A stretch of DNA of 47,910 bases from a bacterium (GTDB lineage Bacteria > Bacteroidota > Ignavibacteria > UBA10030): positions 1 to 47,910 of the forward strand of contig QYQB01000043.1 in NCBI GenBank assembly GCA_007280275.1, written 5' to 3'. The notes beneath the pieces were generated by a model. It was not told where the DNA came from and ran no database searches. It saw only the letters and a program-made list of their open reading frames with translations. Shown here piece by piece: positions 27,174 through 36,708 of this stretch (position 1 is its first letter; each line of letters opens with the position of its first letter). A program made the position numbers and the translations under genes.

Positions 27174-28050
27174 ATCGGCACATGAGGCGCACGGGATCTC
27201 CCTGGCTTCCACAGCCGAAGTTGGCGAGAGACAGTTCCTCCGATTCAAGAGACTGAATCGGATCCTTCATATTATTATGATTGTGAGTTTCATGAGTCTG
27301 GCCCTCACCGGGATGACGTTGAAGTTTGCCTACACCGGATGGGCCGCATTCCTCTCTCGGTTGTTCGGAGGTTACGAATCGGCAGGATATATCCACCGGC
27401 TCGCGGCGGTTGCCATGATTGGGATCTTTATCGCCCACATTGTCGACGTAGTGAGGATGAAGAAACGTCTCTACCCTTCGTGGCGTAGCTTGCTTCTCGG
27501 ACCTGATTCCATGGTGTTCAACAAGAAAGACCTTCAGGATTTGATCGGGAATTTCAAGTGGTTCCTGGGGCGGGGCCCCCGGCCCGAATACGGCCGTTGG
27601 ACATATTGGGAGAAGTTCGACTACTTCGCAGTCTTCTGGGGCATGGCCGTCATCGGATCGACAGGACTCATGCTTTGGTTCCCGGAGTTCTTCACACTGG
27701 TTTTTCCCGGATGGTTTCTTAATGTGGCTGGCATCATTCACAGCGATGAGGCGTTGTTGGCTGTGGGTTTCATTTTTACCGTTCACTTCTTCAATACCCA
27801 CCTCCGGCCTGAGAAATTCCCAATGGATATCGTTGTGTTTACAGGCCGAATGCCCGTCGATGACCTCAAAGACGACAAGCCAGCGGAGTATCGCATGCTT
27901 GTCAAGGAAGGCATGCTGGAAGAGAACCTGGTTGAAGCGTATCCTCCCATCGTGATCCGTGCAATCCGTCTGTTCGGCTGGACAGCGCTCTGCATCGGTT
28001 TCAGTATCGTCGTTTGGATCATTTATGCTATGCTGTTTGCATACCAATAA
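27151..28050 (+). CDS. Cytochrome b subunit (FdnI/HydC-type; CbcL C-terminal-like)
   Basis: ATG 27151 after AAGGAG; [60 protein letters not shown]. Confidence 0.88.
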   Translation: METTAKPESAHEAHGISLASTAEVGERQFLRFKRLNRILHIIMIVSFMSLALTGMTLKFAYTGWAAFLSRLFGGYESAGYIHRLAAVAMIGIFIAHIVDVVRMKKRLYPSWRSLLLGPDSMVFNKKDLQDLIGNFKWFLGRGPRPEYGRWTYWEKFDYFAVFWGMAVIGSTGLMLWFPEFFTLVFPGWFLNVAGIIHSDEALLAVGFIFTVHFFNTHLRPEKFPMDIVVFTGRMPVDDLKDDKPAEYRMLVKEGMLEENLVEAYPPIVIRAIRLFGWTALCIGFSIVVWIIYAMLFAYQ

Positions 28051-28064
28051 TGAGAAGAAAACCG

Positions 28065-28093
28065 TTGCAAATGAGGGCTGTTGCTAGTATTAT
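28065..28093 (+). promoter_or_regulatory. Candidate internal sigma70-type promoter upstream of the ImcH-like gene
   Basis: TTGCAA-17 nt-TATTAT in an 88-bp intergenic gap. Confidence 0.45.
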
Positions 28094-28138
28094 CGATATC
28101 AAATTCTATCGAGGTGCCATGATCGTCCGGATCATATC

Positions 28139-29629
28139 ATGAAGCGAATTTTCCCGTCATCCTTTTACAACCCAGTCACACTCGCCGGTGCTGCGATCGC
28201 TGGAGTAAGTTTCGGTCTTATTCTCTTCTTGATGGTTTTGGAGACCGTGACGAACAACCCGAAGCCCTACATGGGGATCATTGCGTTCGTACTTCTCCCA
28301 TCGATACTGCTCATAGGCCTTTTTATCCTGGTGTTCGGGATATTCCGTGCGAGACGACGCGAGCAAGCTGGTAAACCAGAGATGCGTCTGCCTCAAATTG
28401 ATCTCAACAATCCAAGGCACCGCACAGCGTTTATCTTTTTTTCCTTCGGCACGATTCTTCTTTTATTGCTCTCGGCTTTTGGGAGTTTCAAAGCGTATGA
28501 ACACACCGACTCAGACCAGTTTTGCGGAGAGACCTGCCACAAAGTCATGGCTCCGGAATACACAGCGTATCAATTCTCGCCTCATGCTCGCGTCGGGTGT
28601 GTAAAATGCCACATTGGGCCGGGAACCGGATGGTTTGTCCGTTCGAAGCTCTCCGGTGCATATCAGGTTTATGCAACGTTGTTCAACAAGTATCCGAGAC
28701 CAATCCCGACACCGATCGAAAACCTGCGTCCGGCGCAGGAGACGTGCGAACAATGCCACTGGCCGAAACACTTCTTCCGAGAAAAGCAAATCATCAACAC
28801 CTATTACACATCTGACGAGAAGAATACAAAGTGGATGCTCGACCTCCTCATAAAGATTGGAGGGGGCAACATCGAGGCGGGTCCGACCTCCGGTATCCAC
28901 TGGCATATGAATATCGGGAACCAGGTGACCTATGCCACGACCGACTCGCAACGTCAGATCATCCCGTGGGTTCAGGTGAAGGCCGCCGATGGAAAAGTGG
29001 TGACGTACAAATCGTCGGATAATCCTCTTAGTGATGATGATCTCCAGAAGGCAAAGAAGCGTCGGATGGATTGCATCGACTGCCACAACCGTCCGGCGCA
29101 CATTTATCATCCGCCGGCTCGTTCTGTCAACCACATCATTTCATTGGGATGGATTGATCAGGAACTACCGAGTGTGAAGAGCATAGCGGTGAAAGCGCTT
29201 GAGCTGCCGTACTCAACGAAGCAAGCCGCGCTTGACAGTATTAAGCTCGTGATTCAGGAATTCTACCGCACGACCCACCCGGAGGTGATGGCAAAGAAGA
29301 CCCAACAAGTCGAGAGGGCGATTGAAGAAGTCCAGAAAATCTATAGCCGTAACTACTTCCCTGAGATGCAGGTCAATTGGAAGAAGTTCAACGACAACAT
29401 TGGCCATATGTACTATCCGGGGTGTTTCCGATGCCATGACGGGAAGCACGTCTCCGAAGATGGAAAAGTTCTGTCGAGAGACTGCAATGTTTGCCACACG
29501 ATTCTTGCCCAGCAATTTGAAAAGGACAAGCTGCGAATGTCGTTGGGGGGCGTAGAATACAAGCATCCTGTCGATATCGGCGATTCGTGGAAAGAAATGA
29601 ATTGCAGTGATTGTCACAATGGCCGATGA
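28139..29629 (+). CDS. imcH: ImcH-like inner-membrane NapC/NirT-related heptaheme quinol dehydrogenase
   Basis: Three N-terminal TM helices; FCGETCH (Cx3CH) KVMAPEY, CVKCHIGPG, SKLSG, PRPIPTP..LRPAQETCEQCH, CIDCH, CFRCH, CNVCH, CSDCH (7 motifs). Confidence 0.75.
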   Translation: MKRIFPSSFYNPVTLAGAAIAGVSFGLILFLMVLETVTNNPKPYMGIIAFVLLPSILLIGLFILVFGIFRARRREQAGKPEMRLPQIDLNNPRHRTAFIFFSFGTILLLLLSAFGSFKAYEHTDSDQFCGETCHKVMAPEYTAYQFSPHARVGCVKCHIGPGTGWFVRSKLSGAYQVYATLFNKYPRPIPTPIENLRPAQETCEQCHWPKHFFREKQIINTYYTSDEKNTKWMLDLLIKIGGGNIEAGPTSGIHWHMNIGNQVTYATTDSQRQIIPWVQVKAADGKVVTYKSSDNPLSDDDLQKAKKRRMDCIDCHNRPAHIYHPPARSVNHIISLGWIDQELPSVKSIAVKALELPYSTKQAALDSIKLVIQEFYRTTHPEVMAKKTQQVERAIEEVQKIYSRNYFPEMQVNWKKFNDNIGHMYYPGCFRCHDGKHVSEDGKVLSRDCNVCHTILAQQFEKDKLRMSLGGVEYKHPVDIGDSWKEMNCSDCHNGR

Positions 29630-29692
29630 TGCCATTGTTCCTAGTCAAGAGACTCCGATGAACAACATTGTTTTGCGGCCCTGGGAGGGTGA

Positions 29693-30433
29693 ATGAAAAT
29701 GTTTCTGCAAAAAATGCCGGATGCTCTCAAACGAGTCCTCGCGGTGTTTGTGCTGGTGGCTGCGGCGGCAGTGCTCGTGCGCGTCGTCCTTCCTGCCTCC
29801 TTGACGGATTCGCGACTGCATATCAAGTCCACGGTCGAGCGCGAGATGGCGCACCCGGTACGGTACGCCGGTTCTGAGGCCTGCGCTGATTGCCACGAGG
29901 AATACAAGGTCAAGCAAGGGGGGTATCACAAGAATCTCTCCTGCGAGACGTGTCATGGCGCCGCGAAGGAACACTCTGAGAATCCGTCCGAGCTCAAGCC
30001 CAAGCTGCCAAGAATGAGGGAATTCTGCGCCGGCTGCCACACGTACAACCCATCCAGACCATCGGGATTTCCTCAAGTCAACCCGGCGGCGCACAATCCG
30101 CTCAAGGTATGCGTTGAATGCCATAACCCGCATGACCCGAAGCCCACAAGGACCCCGCAGGAATGTTCGGCGTGCCATGCAGAGATTGCTCGGACAAAAG
30201 AACTTTCCCCGCACGCCCAGCTGGAATGCACTAACTGTCACACTGTTCCACAGGAACACAAACTGGCACCACGGTCGGTAAGGGCAGGAATTCCATCGGA
30301 GCGCTCGTTCTGCGGCAAGTGCCATAGTAAAGATTCGGGAAGAAAAGAAGCCCCGAAGGTAGATTTCCTCACTCACGGTGAGAAGTACTTGTGCTGGCAG
30401 TGCCACTATCCACATATGCCGGAGGTGCAATAG
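29693..30433 (+). CDS. Membrane-anchored octaheme cytochrome c (partner of the NrfC/NrfD-like pair)
   Basis: N-terminal hydrophobic segment; 8 CxxCH in 246 aa. Confidence 0.88.
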   Translation: MKMFLQKMPDALKRVLAVFVLVAAAAVLVRVVLPASLTDSRLHIKSTVEREMAHPVRYAGSEACADCHEEYKVKQGGYHKNLSCETCHGAAKEHSENPSELKPKLPRMREFCAGCHTYNPSRPSGFPQVNPAAHNPLKVCVECHNPHDPKPTRTPQECSACHAEIARTKELSPHAQLECTNCHTVPQEHKLAPRSVRAGIPSERSFCGKCHSKDSGRKEAPKVDFLTHGEKYLCWQCHYPHMPEVQ

Positions 30434-30434
30434 C

Positions 30435-31175
30435 ATGGAGCGAAGAAGATTTCTGTCCAAGTTCATGTCGATCGCTGCCTCGGCTACTGTCGTCAGTGGA
30501 TTTTTCAAGCGTGCGGTTGCCCGCACAGACGGGTACGATCCGAAGGGCCATTACTATGGAATGGGAATCCAGATCGACAAATGCATTGGCTGCGGAAAAT
30601 GTGTGGAGGCGTGCAAAGAAGAAAACAACGTCCCCAAAGAACCATTTTTCTTCCGCACGTGGGTCGAGCGATATGTGATTAAGAAAGATGGAGAAACGTC
30701 CGTTCAGAACACCGATATGAGAATCGAACGGTCGAACGAAGTGTTCACTGAGAGAGACATCCTCAGAAGCTTTTTTGTACCCAAACTGTGCAATCAGTGT
30801 GACAATCCTCCGTGTGTTCAAGTCTGCCCCGTTGGGGCAACATTCAAGACCGAGGATGGGGTGATTCTCGTTGACGATGAACGATGCGTCGGGTGCCGGT
30901 ATTGTATCCAGGCCTGTCCCTACGGAGCCCGCTATCTTCATCCGGAGAGGGAAACTGCGGACAAGTGTACATTTTGCTATCACAGGATCACAAAAGGAAT
31001 GCTGCCTGCATGCGTCGAAGTATGCCCCAGCCAGGCGAGAATTTTCGGTGATGTGAAAAGCAGCGCAAGTCCCCTCGGGCGGTTCAAGCGGATGAACAAA
31101 CTCCATGTACTGAAGCCGTCCTTGAATACGGAGCCCAAAGTCTCTTATTCTGGTCTTGATGGAGAAGTGCGATGA
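30435..31175 (+). CDS. nrfC: Tat-exported 4x[4Fe-4S] ferredoxin subunit, NrfC/DsrO/TtrB family
   Basis: MERRRFL Tat motif; CIGCGKCVEAC, CNQCDNPPCVQVCP, CVGCRYCIQACP, CTFC...CVEVCP. Confidence 0.85.
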   Translation: MERRRFLSKFMSIAASATVVSGFFKRAVARTDGYDPKGHYYGMGIQIDKCIGCGKCVEACKEENNVPKEPFFFRTWVERYVIKKDGETSVQNTDMRIERSNEVFTERDILRSFFVPKLCNQCDNPPCVQVCPVGATFKTEDGVILVDDERCVGCRYCIQACPYGARYLHPERETADKCTFCYHRITKGMLPACVEVCPSQARIFGDVKSSASPLGRFKRMNKLHVLKPSLNTEPKVSYSGLDGEVR

Positions 31176-32407
31176 ACAGTCCACTCACCGAAAAGCTGTT
31201 CGACCTGCTCAAGCAGGTGACCGGGTACATCTATCCGAATGAGATAGAAGTCCATTGGGGCATTCTGGTTGTTGTGTATCCGTATCTTACCGGATTGGTC
31301 GCCGGTGCATTTATTCTCGCCTCGCTCGTGAAGGTCTTCAATGTGAAAGAGGTTCAGCCCGCCTATCGGTTGGCAATGCTTACGGCGCTCTCGTTTCTTC
31401 TTATCGCTCCGCTGCCATTGCTGCTGCATCTTGGCCATCCGGTACGATCATATGAGATCTTTCTCAATCCGAACTTCACGTCGGCGATGGCCATGTTCGG
31501 CTTTGTCTATGCCTGGTATCTCATGGTCGTTCTGATCCTGGAGATCTGGTTTACCTATCGCAAGGATCTCATTGTATGGTCCCAGGGAGAAACAGGGTTG
31601 ATGCGATGGGTGCACAGGGCTGTCGCGTTGTACTCGACCGACATCAGCGACAAGGCCGTGGAGTTTGACAAGAAAATGGTGAAAGGCATTACGATCATCG
31701 GAATACCGTCGGCCTTCCTTCTGCATGGGTATGTGGGGTTCATTTTTGGCTCCATTAAGGCGAATCCCTGGTGGAGCAGCGTCCTGATGCCGATTGTGTT
31801 CCTGTTCTCAGCTATTGTCTCCGGCATTGCGCTTGTCCTCTTCCTCTATATGGTGATTACCCCGCTCCGGAAGGAAAAGATCGACATCAAGTGTGTGGAT
31901 AAAATGGCGTCGTTTCTTTTCTATGCGGTTATTGTTGACTTCTCGCTCGAATTTCTTGATTTTATCCACCGGCTCTATGAGAGCGAAGAGTCAATCAACA
32001 TCCTGTCAGATCTTGTCATGAACAAGCTGTTTATCAGCCTCGGCGTTCTTCAGGTCCTTCTGGGCATGTTGCTGCCCCTCGGAATGATGGTCGCCATCCG
32101 GCTCTTCAAATTTGAGGAGGAATTGAGGAAACTTCTGTACTTTGTCTCAGCGATTCTGATCCAGATTGGGATATTCGCAACGAGATGGAATGTCGTGATC
32201 GGGGGCCAGATGTTTTCCAAGAGTTTCAGAGGCCTGACCGCGTACAAGATGGATATTGGCGGGATGGAAGGATTCCTGATGACGCTCGTTCTTCTCTCGT
32301 TGCCGTTCATTGTTCTTTCCATCCTTATCAAAGTGCTGCCGCCTTGGGAAAAACCGGCGAAGGGGACTACTGAAGGTGGCACAATGGAACGCTCAGTGAT
32401 CGGCTGA
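31172..32407 (+). CDS. nrfD: NrfD/PsrC-family integral membrane quinol-interacting subunit
   Basis: WGILVVVYPYLTGLVAGAF, LLLHLGHPVR, SAMAMFG, GYVGFIF...NPWW, RWNVVIGGQ; about 10 TM helices. Confidence 0.88.
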   Translation: MNSPLTEKLFDLLKQVTGYIYPNEIEVHWGILVVVYPYLTGLVAGAFILASLVKVFNVKEVQPAYRLAMLTALSFLLIAPLPLLLHLGHPVRSYEIFLNPNFTSAMAMFGFVYAWYLMVVLILEIWFTYRKDLIVWSQGETGLMRWVHRAVALYSTDISDKAVEFDKKMVKGITIIGIPSAFLLHGYVGFIFGSIKANPWWSSVLMPIVFLFSAIVSGIALVLFLYMVITPLRKEKIDIKCVDKMASFLFYAVIVDFSLEFLDFIHRLYESEESINILSDLVMNKLFISLGVLQVLLGMLLPLGMMVAIRLFKFEEELRKLLYFVSAILIQIGIFATRWNVVIGGQMFSKSFRGLTAYKMDIGGMEGFLMTLVLLSLPFIVLSILIKVLPPWEKPAKGTTEGGTMERSVIG

Positions 32408-32498
32408 ACGGTGCGTGTGGGCAGGGCGGTTCCCAAAGACCAGTGCCGGTACCTTAGACAATATAAACTGTAGACTCTACAAGCGCAGGGCGTAGATT

Positions 32499-32957
32499 AT
32501 GACAAGCGAAGTCGGACCAAACGGTGAGCAAGAAACCAGGAGGGGCTTCCTGAGGTATCTCCTTGGGGGCGGTCTGGTTGCATCGCTCGCTGCAGTTCTG
32601 TATCCGATTATGGCGTACCTGAAGCCGCCTCAGCAAGCAGAGGTAGAAGTGACGAGCGTGAAGGCCGGCAAGGTCAGTGCCATGGAGAAAGAGAGCGGCA
32701 TCATCGTTCGGTTCGGGAACAAGCCGGTGATCCTTGTTCGGAATGCAGCCGGTGAATTTCGCGCCTTTTCCGCCACGTGCACACACCTTGATTGCACGGT
32801 GCAATTTCGCAAAGACATGGGTCTTATCTGGTGCGCATGTCATAACGGCCGGTACGATCTGAACGGACGCAACGTGGCGGGTCCGCCGCCGCGTCCGCTT
32901 GACGAATACAGGGTCATCATCCAAGGTGAAGACATCTCAATCTCGAAGAAAGCATGA
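32499..32957 (+). CDS. Rieske [2Fe-2S] subunit of a Rieske/cytochrome b complex
   Basis: Tat motif TRRGFL plus TM; CTHLDC and CACH boxes; GPPPRPL. Confidence 0.93.
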   Translation: MTSEVGPNGEQETRRGFLRYLLGGGLVASLAAVLYPIMAYLKPPQQAEVEVTSVKAGKVSAMEKESGIIVRFGNKPVILVRNAAGEFRAFSATCTHLDCTVQFRKDMGLIWCACHNGRYDLNGRNVAGPPPRPLDEYRVIIQGEDISISKKA

Positions 32958-34033
32958 ACACTTTCTGGTCAAGACTCTACTCCTGGGCTGACGAGCGTGT
33001 CAAGCTTGGCGGCCTTGTTGAATACATGGGGAAGAAGTACGTGCCCGTGAATCGACATTCAATATGGTACTACTTCGGTGGCGTGTCGCTCTTCCTGTTC
33101 ATTATTCAGGTGGTGACGGGCATCCTCCTGTTATTGTACTATAAAAGTGGAGAGCTGCTTGCCTTCGAGAGCATCCAATTTATTATGGCAAAGGTTCGGT
33201 TCGGGTGGCTCATCCGGTCTCTCCACAGCTGGACTGCGAACCTCTTTGTTCTGACTGCGATGATTCACATGTTCAGCGTCTTCTTCGGGAAGGCGTACCG
33301 AAAACCGCGGGGAATCACATGGATCACGGGAATGGTGATGTTCTTTCTCGCTCTCGGTTTTGGTTTCAGCGGGTATCTTCTTCCCTGGAATGAACTCGCG
33401 TTTTTTGCCACGAAGGTAGGAACCGACATCGCCGGCGCTGTACCCATTGTCGGCAAGCCGATGATGGTTTTCCTGCGCGGCGGTGAAGATGTGACCGGCG
33501 CAACGCTCTCCCGCTTTTTTGGATTCCACGTGGCGCTCTTGCCGGGGATATTTACCGTGTTTCTGGGCATACACCTCCTTCTGGTTCAGCGACAGGGGAT
33601 GAGTGAACCGCTATCGCATGGAGATTCGCCGGATACCGAACGCAAGACGATGCCATTCTTCCCGAACTTTCTGCTGCGGGATATGCTCTTCTGGCTGATG
33701 GTGCTCAATCTTCTGGCGATTCTGGCTGTCTTCTTCCCATGGGAGCTTGGAAAGAAAGCCGATGCGTTTGCCTCCGCTCCTGCTGGCATCAAGCCCGAGT
33801 GGTACTTCCTGTTCATGTTTCAGACCTTGAAGTACATCCCGGGGAAAATCCTCTTCATCGATGGCGAAGTGCTCGGCATTCTTGTTTTCGGACTGGCCGG
33901 ATTCCTGTGGTTGATGGTTCCGTTCTGGGACAGAAAAAGCTCGCGGGGAGAGACCAACCGTCTCATCAATTATGTTGGGATCTTCGTGGTCTTCTACATG
34001 ATCATTCTCACAATCGTAGGGTGGATCGTATGA
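32954..34033 (+). CDS. petB: Cytochrome b of a Rieske/cyt b complex (b6 + subunit IV fused)
   Basis: WYYFGG, IRSLH...[19 protein letters not shown]...GIHLL, Qo motif IKPEWYF. Confidence 0.9.
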   Translation: MNTFWSRLYSWADERVKLGGLVEYMGKKYVPVNRHSIWYYFGGVSLFLFIIQVVTGILLLLYYKSGELLAFESIQFIMAKVRFGWLIRSLHSWTANLFVLTAMIHMFSVFFGKAYRKPRGITWITGMVMFFLALGFGFSGYLLPWNELAFFATKVGTDIAGAVPIVGKPMMVFLRGGEDVTGATLSRFFGFHVALLPGIFTVFLGIHLLLVQRQGMSEPLSHGDSPDTERKTMPFFPNFLLRDMLFWLMVLNLLAILAVFFPWELGKKADAFASAPAGIKPEWYFLFMFQTLKYIPGKILFIDGEVLGILVFGLAGFLWLMVPFWDRKSSRGETNRLINYVGIFVVFYMIILTIVGWIV

Positions 34034-35502
34034 ACAGAACCACCCGAATTATGTTCGGTCTTCTCATGCTTGCTTTCTCATCTGCGGGGTTTGCTGGTGC
34101 CGATGACAAATGCCTGACGTGCCATGAATCGATTGGCGGGAAAGCAGTGGATCTTTTCAAGCGCGATGTGCATCACGCGAAGGGAATTTCGTGCGCCGGC
34201 TGTCACGGCGGGAATGCGCAGTCCGATGACATGGAGAAGGCGATGGACCCGAAGGCTGGCTACATCGGCGTGCCCAAGGGGGATGACATCTCCAGGGTCT
34301 GCGCTAAATGCCACGGCGACAGCGGACGGATGAAGCAATACAGTTCTCACTTGCCCACCAACCAAATCGAGAATCTACGGGCCAGCGTTCACGGAAAGCT
34401 CTCAACCAACGGCAAGGAGCGCATTGTTCAATGCACTACCTGCCACGACGCCCATGGAATCGTGCCGGTCAAGAATCCCGGTTCACCGGTCTATCCGTTG
34501 AACATTGTCAAGAAGTGCACGCAGTGCCACGCGAACGCGGCCTTGATGCGGACCTACAACCCATCGCTTCCCGTCGACCAGCTCGACAAGTACCGGACGA
34601 GCGTCCATGGGATGCGGAATGCGAAGGGGGACGCGAAGGTTGCAGAATGCGCAAGCTGCCACGGCAGTCACGATATTCTCTCGGTGAAAGACACGAAGTC
34701 TTCCGTCTACCCCACGAACATCCCTTCGACATGCGCTCATTGCCACAGCAAGGCGGAGTACATGAAGGAGTACAAGATTCCGACGGATCAATTCGACAAG
34801 TTCTCAAGGAGTGTCCACGGAGTCGCTTTGCTGCAGAAACATGATCTTGGAGCGCCTGCGTGCAACAGCTGCCATGGGAACCATGCAGCAACACCGCCGG
34901 GCGTCCAGTCGGTTTCGAAAGTGTGCGGAACCTGCCACGCGTTGAATGCCGATCTGTTCTCCTCGAGTCCTCACAAGAAAGCGTTCGATGACCGGAAGCT
35001 CCCGGAGTGCGAGACATGCCATGGCAACCACGAAATCATTGTTGCAACGAACAAGCTGCTCGGAGTGACCTCCGAGGCGGTCTGCAGCCGTTGCCACAAC
35101 GAGAGCCAGAATGTCAAAGGATTCGCCACTGCAAAAGCGATGAGAGGATTGATCGACAGTCTCGAATCCCGGGAAAAACGGGCCATCGCTCTTGTGAATG
35201 AAGCGGAGCAGAAGGGGATGGAAATTTCAGAAGCGAAGTACAAGTTGCGGGACGCTCATCAAGCGCGGCTTGAGTCGAGGACGATGGTGCACTCCTTTAA
35301 CGAAGCCCGTTTCCAGGACGTTGTCAACAAGGGTATCGTTGTCTCGGCTTCGGTCAGCGAAGAAGCAACGCAGGCGCTGGACGAGTACGTATTTCGCAGA
35401 GTCGGATTGGGGCTTGCCACACTGGCGATCACCGTCCTTGCGATCTCTCTGTACGTCTACATTCGAAGACTTGAACGACATCAAGCCATGGGAGGAAAGT
35501 GA
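34030..35502 (+). CDS. 11-heme cytochrome c with C-terminal TM anchor (acceptor subunit of the Rieske/cyt b complex)
   Basis: ATGA overlap with the cyt b stop; signal peptide; 11 CxxCH; helical stalk and C-terminal [22 protein letters not shown]. Confidence 0.88.
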   Translation: MNRTTRIMFGLLMLAFSSAGFAGADDKCLTCHESIGGKAVDLFKRDVHHAKGISCAGCHGGNAQSDDMEKAMDPKAGYIGVPKGDDISRVCAKCHGDSGRMKQYSSHLPTNQIENLRASVHGKLSTNGKERIVQCTTCHDAHGIVPVKNPGSPVYPLNIVKKCTQCHANAALMRTYNPSLPVDQLDKYRTSVHGMRNAKGDAKVAECASCHGSHDILSVKDTKSSVYPTNIPSTCAHCHSKAEYMKEYKIPTDQFDKFSRSVHGVALLQKHDLGAPACNSCHGNHAATPPGVQSVSKVCGTCHALNADLFSSSPHKKAFDDRKLPECETCHGNHEIIVATNKLLGVTSEAVCSRCHNESQNVKGFATAKAMRGLIDSLESREKRAIALVNEAEQKGMEISEAKYKLRDAHQARLESRTMVHSFNEARFQDVVNKGIVVSASVSEEATQALDEYVFRRVGLGLATLAITVLAISLYVYIRRLERHQAMGGK

Positions 35503-35544
35503 CTCCCTTTGTTCCACATCGATAACTAATCCAGGAGGATCTCT

Positions 35545-36078
35545 ATGGTAACCCGTTTTCTCACCCTGCTGTTGATTGTGATCGTGGCCGTTGGGTTTAC
35601 ATCACAGGCTCAGAACAAGTACATCGGCGTCAAGATGTGCTCCATGTGTCACAAAGCGGACAAATCAGGAAATCAGTTTGGCGTGTGGCAGAAGACCAAA
35701 CACGCTGAAGCATACAAGACCCTGACCGGTGCGAAGGCTGCTGAGATTGCAAAAGGAAAAGGCATCAAGAACGCAGCGGAAGCTCAGGAATGTCTCGCAT
35801 GCCATGGTGCTGTTGATGCGAAGCTCGCCGAGAAGACCTTCGATGTGAAAGACGGCGTGCAGTGCGAAGTATGCCACGGTCCGGGATCTGCCTATAAGAA
35901 CATGGCTGTCATGAAAGACAAGGCCAAGGCGATCGCCGCCGGTTTGCACGAGTTCAAAGACATGGCAGCCGTCGAGACTTTCTGCAAGACCTGCCACAAC
36001 GAAAAGAGCCCGACCCACAAAGCCTTCAAGTTCGAGGAGATGTGGGGAAAGATCAAGCACCCGGTGAAGAAGGGCTAG
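35545..36078 (+). CDS. Soluble periplasmic tetraheme cytochrome c554-family protein
   Basis: RBS AGGAGG; signal peptide; YIGVKMCSMCH, W.KTKH, CLACH, GVQCEVCHGPGS, CKTCH. Confidence 0.88.
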   Translation: MVTRFLTLLLIVIVAVGFTSQAQNKYIGVKMCSMCHKADKSGNQFGVWQKTKHAEAYKTLTGAKAAEIAKGKGIKNAAEAQECLACHGAVDAKLAEKTFDVKDGVQCEVCHGPGSAYKNMAVMKDKAKAIAAGLHEFKDMAAVETFCKTCHNEKSPTHKAFKFEEMWGKIKHPVKKG

Positions 36079-36124
36079 CAATTTCGCAGTGTGCTTGGAT
36101 TGGTGCTTCACGACGGTACAATGG

Positions 36125-36160
36125 AAGCGGCGCTGTGGCGCAAAGCGCAGCGCCGTTTAT
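36125..36160 (+). terminator. Hairpin/possible terminator after the c554-like gene
   Basis: aagcggcgctg / cagcgccgttt stem followed by a short T-tract. Confidence 0.55.
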
Positions 36161-36191
36161 CCCCTCTGTTCTCTCGTAAGGGGAAGTTCCA

Positions 36192-36593
36192 ATGGACAGG
36201 AATGCGGTTCAGAAATCCTTCGAAGTGTGGCTGTTCGTTGCAGTCGCCGCATCAATGAACGGCATGTTCCGGAGTCTGTTTCTCGTGCCGAGGATAGGAG
36301 AGTATACTTCACACGTGCTGAGCGTGCTGATGTTGATGATTGTCGTTCTCCTCTCCTCATCTGTATTGGTGAACAGGCTCCTGAAGGAGTACGCCAACAG
36401 CGATTTGTTCCTGATCGGATCCCTGTGGGCGGTACTGACGTTGAGTGTCGACTTTGTCTTTGAGCTCTATGTTCTTGAAATACCCTGGAGAGCGATTCTA
36501 TCCGACTACAATGTGTCTTCCGGACGGATCTGGATCCTGGTGCTGACCACGGAGATCATCGGACCTTGGTTTATGGCTTCGAACAATCGTTGA
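36192..36593 (+). CDS. Small 4-TM membrane protein of unknown function
   Basis: 133 aa with four hydrophobic segments; fills the gap on the operon strand. Confidence 0.7.
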   Translation: MDRNAVQKSFEVWLFVAVAASMNGMFRSLFLVPRIGEYTSHVLSVLMLMIVVLLSSSVLVNRLLKEYANSDLFLIGSLWAVLTLSVDFVFELYVLEIPWRAILSDYNVSSGRIWILVLTTEIIGPWFMASNNR

Positions 36594-36708
36594 CCAGAGG
36601 GCAGACGCTCGTTTTCAGCACGAATGTATTGACACCACTGTTTTCAGCGACCTTGTTATTTGAACTTGTGACGTTGTTTTGATCAACCATACTCTTACTA
36701 GAGCGATT

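Noticed and set aside
26812-31184. Long antisense ORFs (26812-28047, 29645-30526, 30369-31184 and similar)
   Set aside because: They are shadows of well-supported plus-strand genes and show no recognisable motifs.
29693-32407. Alternative complex III, Qrc or DsrMKJOP
   Set aside because: No ActB/QrcB molybdopterin-like subunit, no second NrfD-like subunit or ActD/E, and no DsrM/K.
35545-36078. c554 as evidence of ammonia or hydroxylamine oxidation
   Set aside because: No hao or amo genes in the window; c554-like tetrahemes are widespread carriers.
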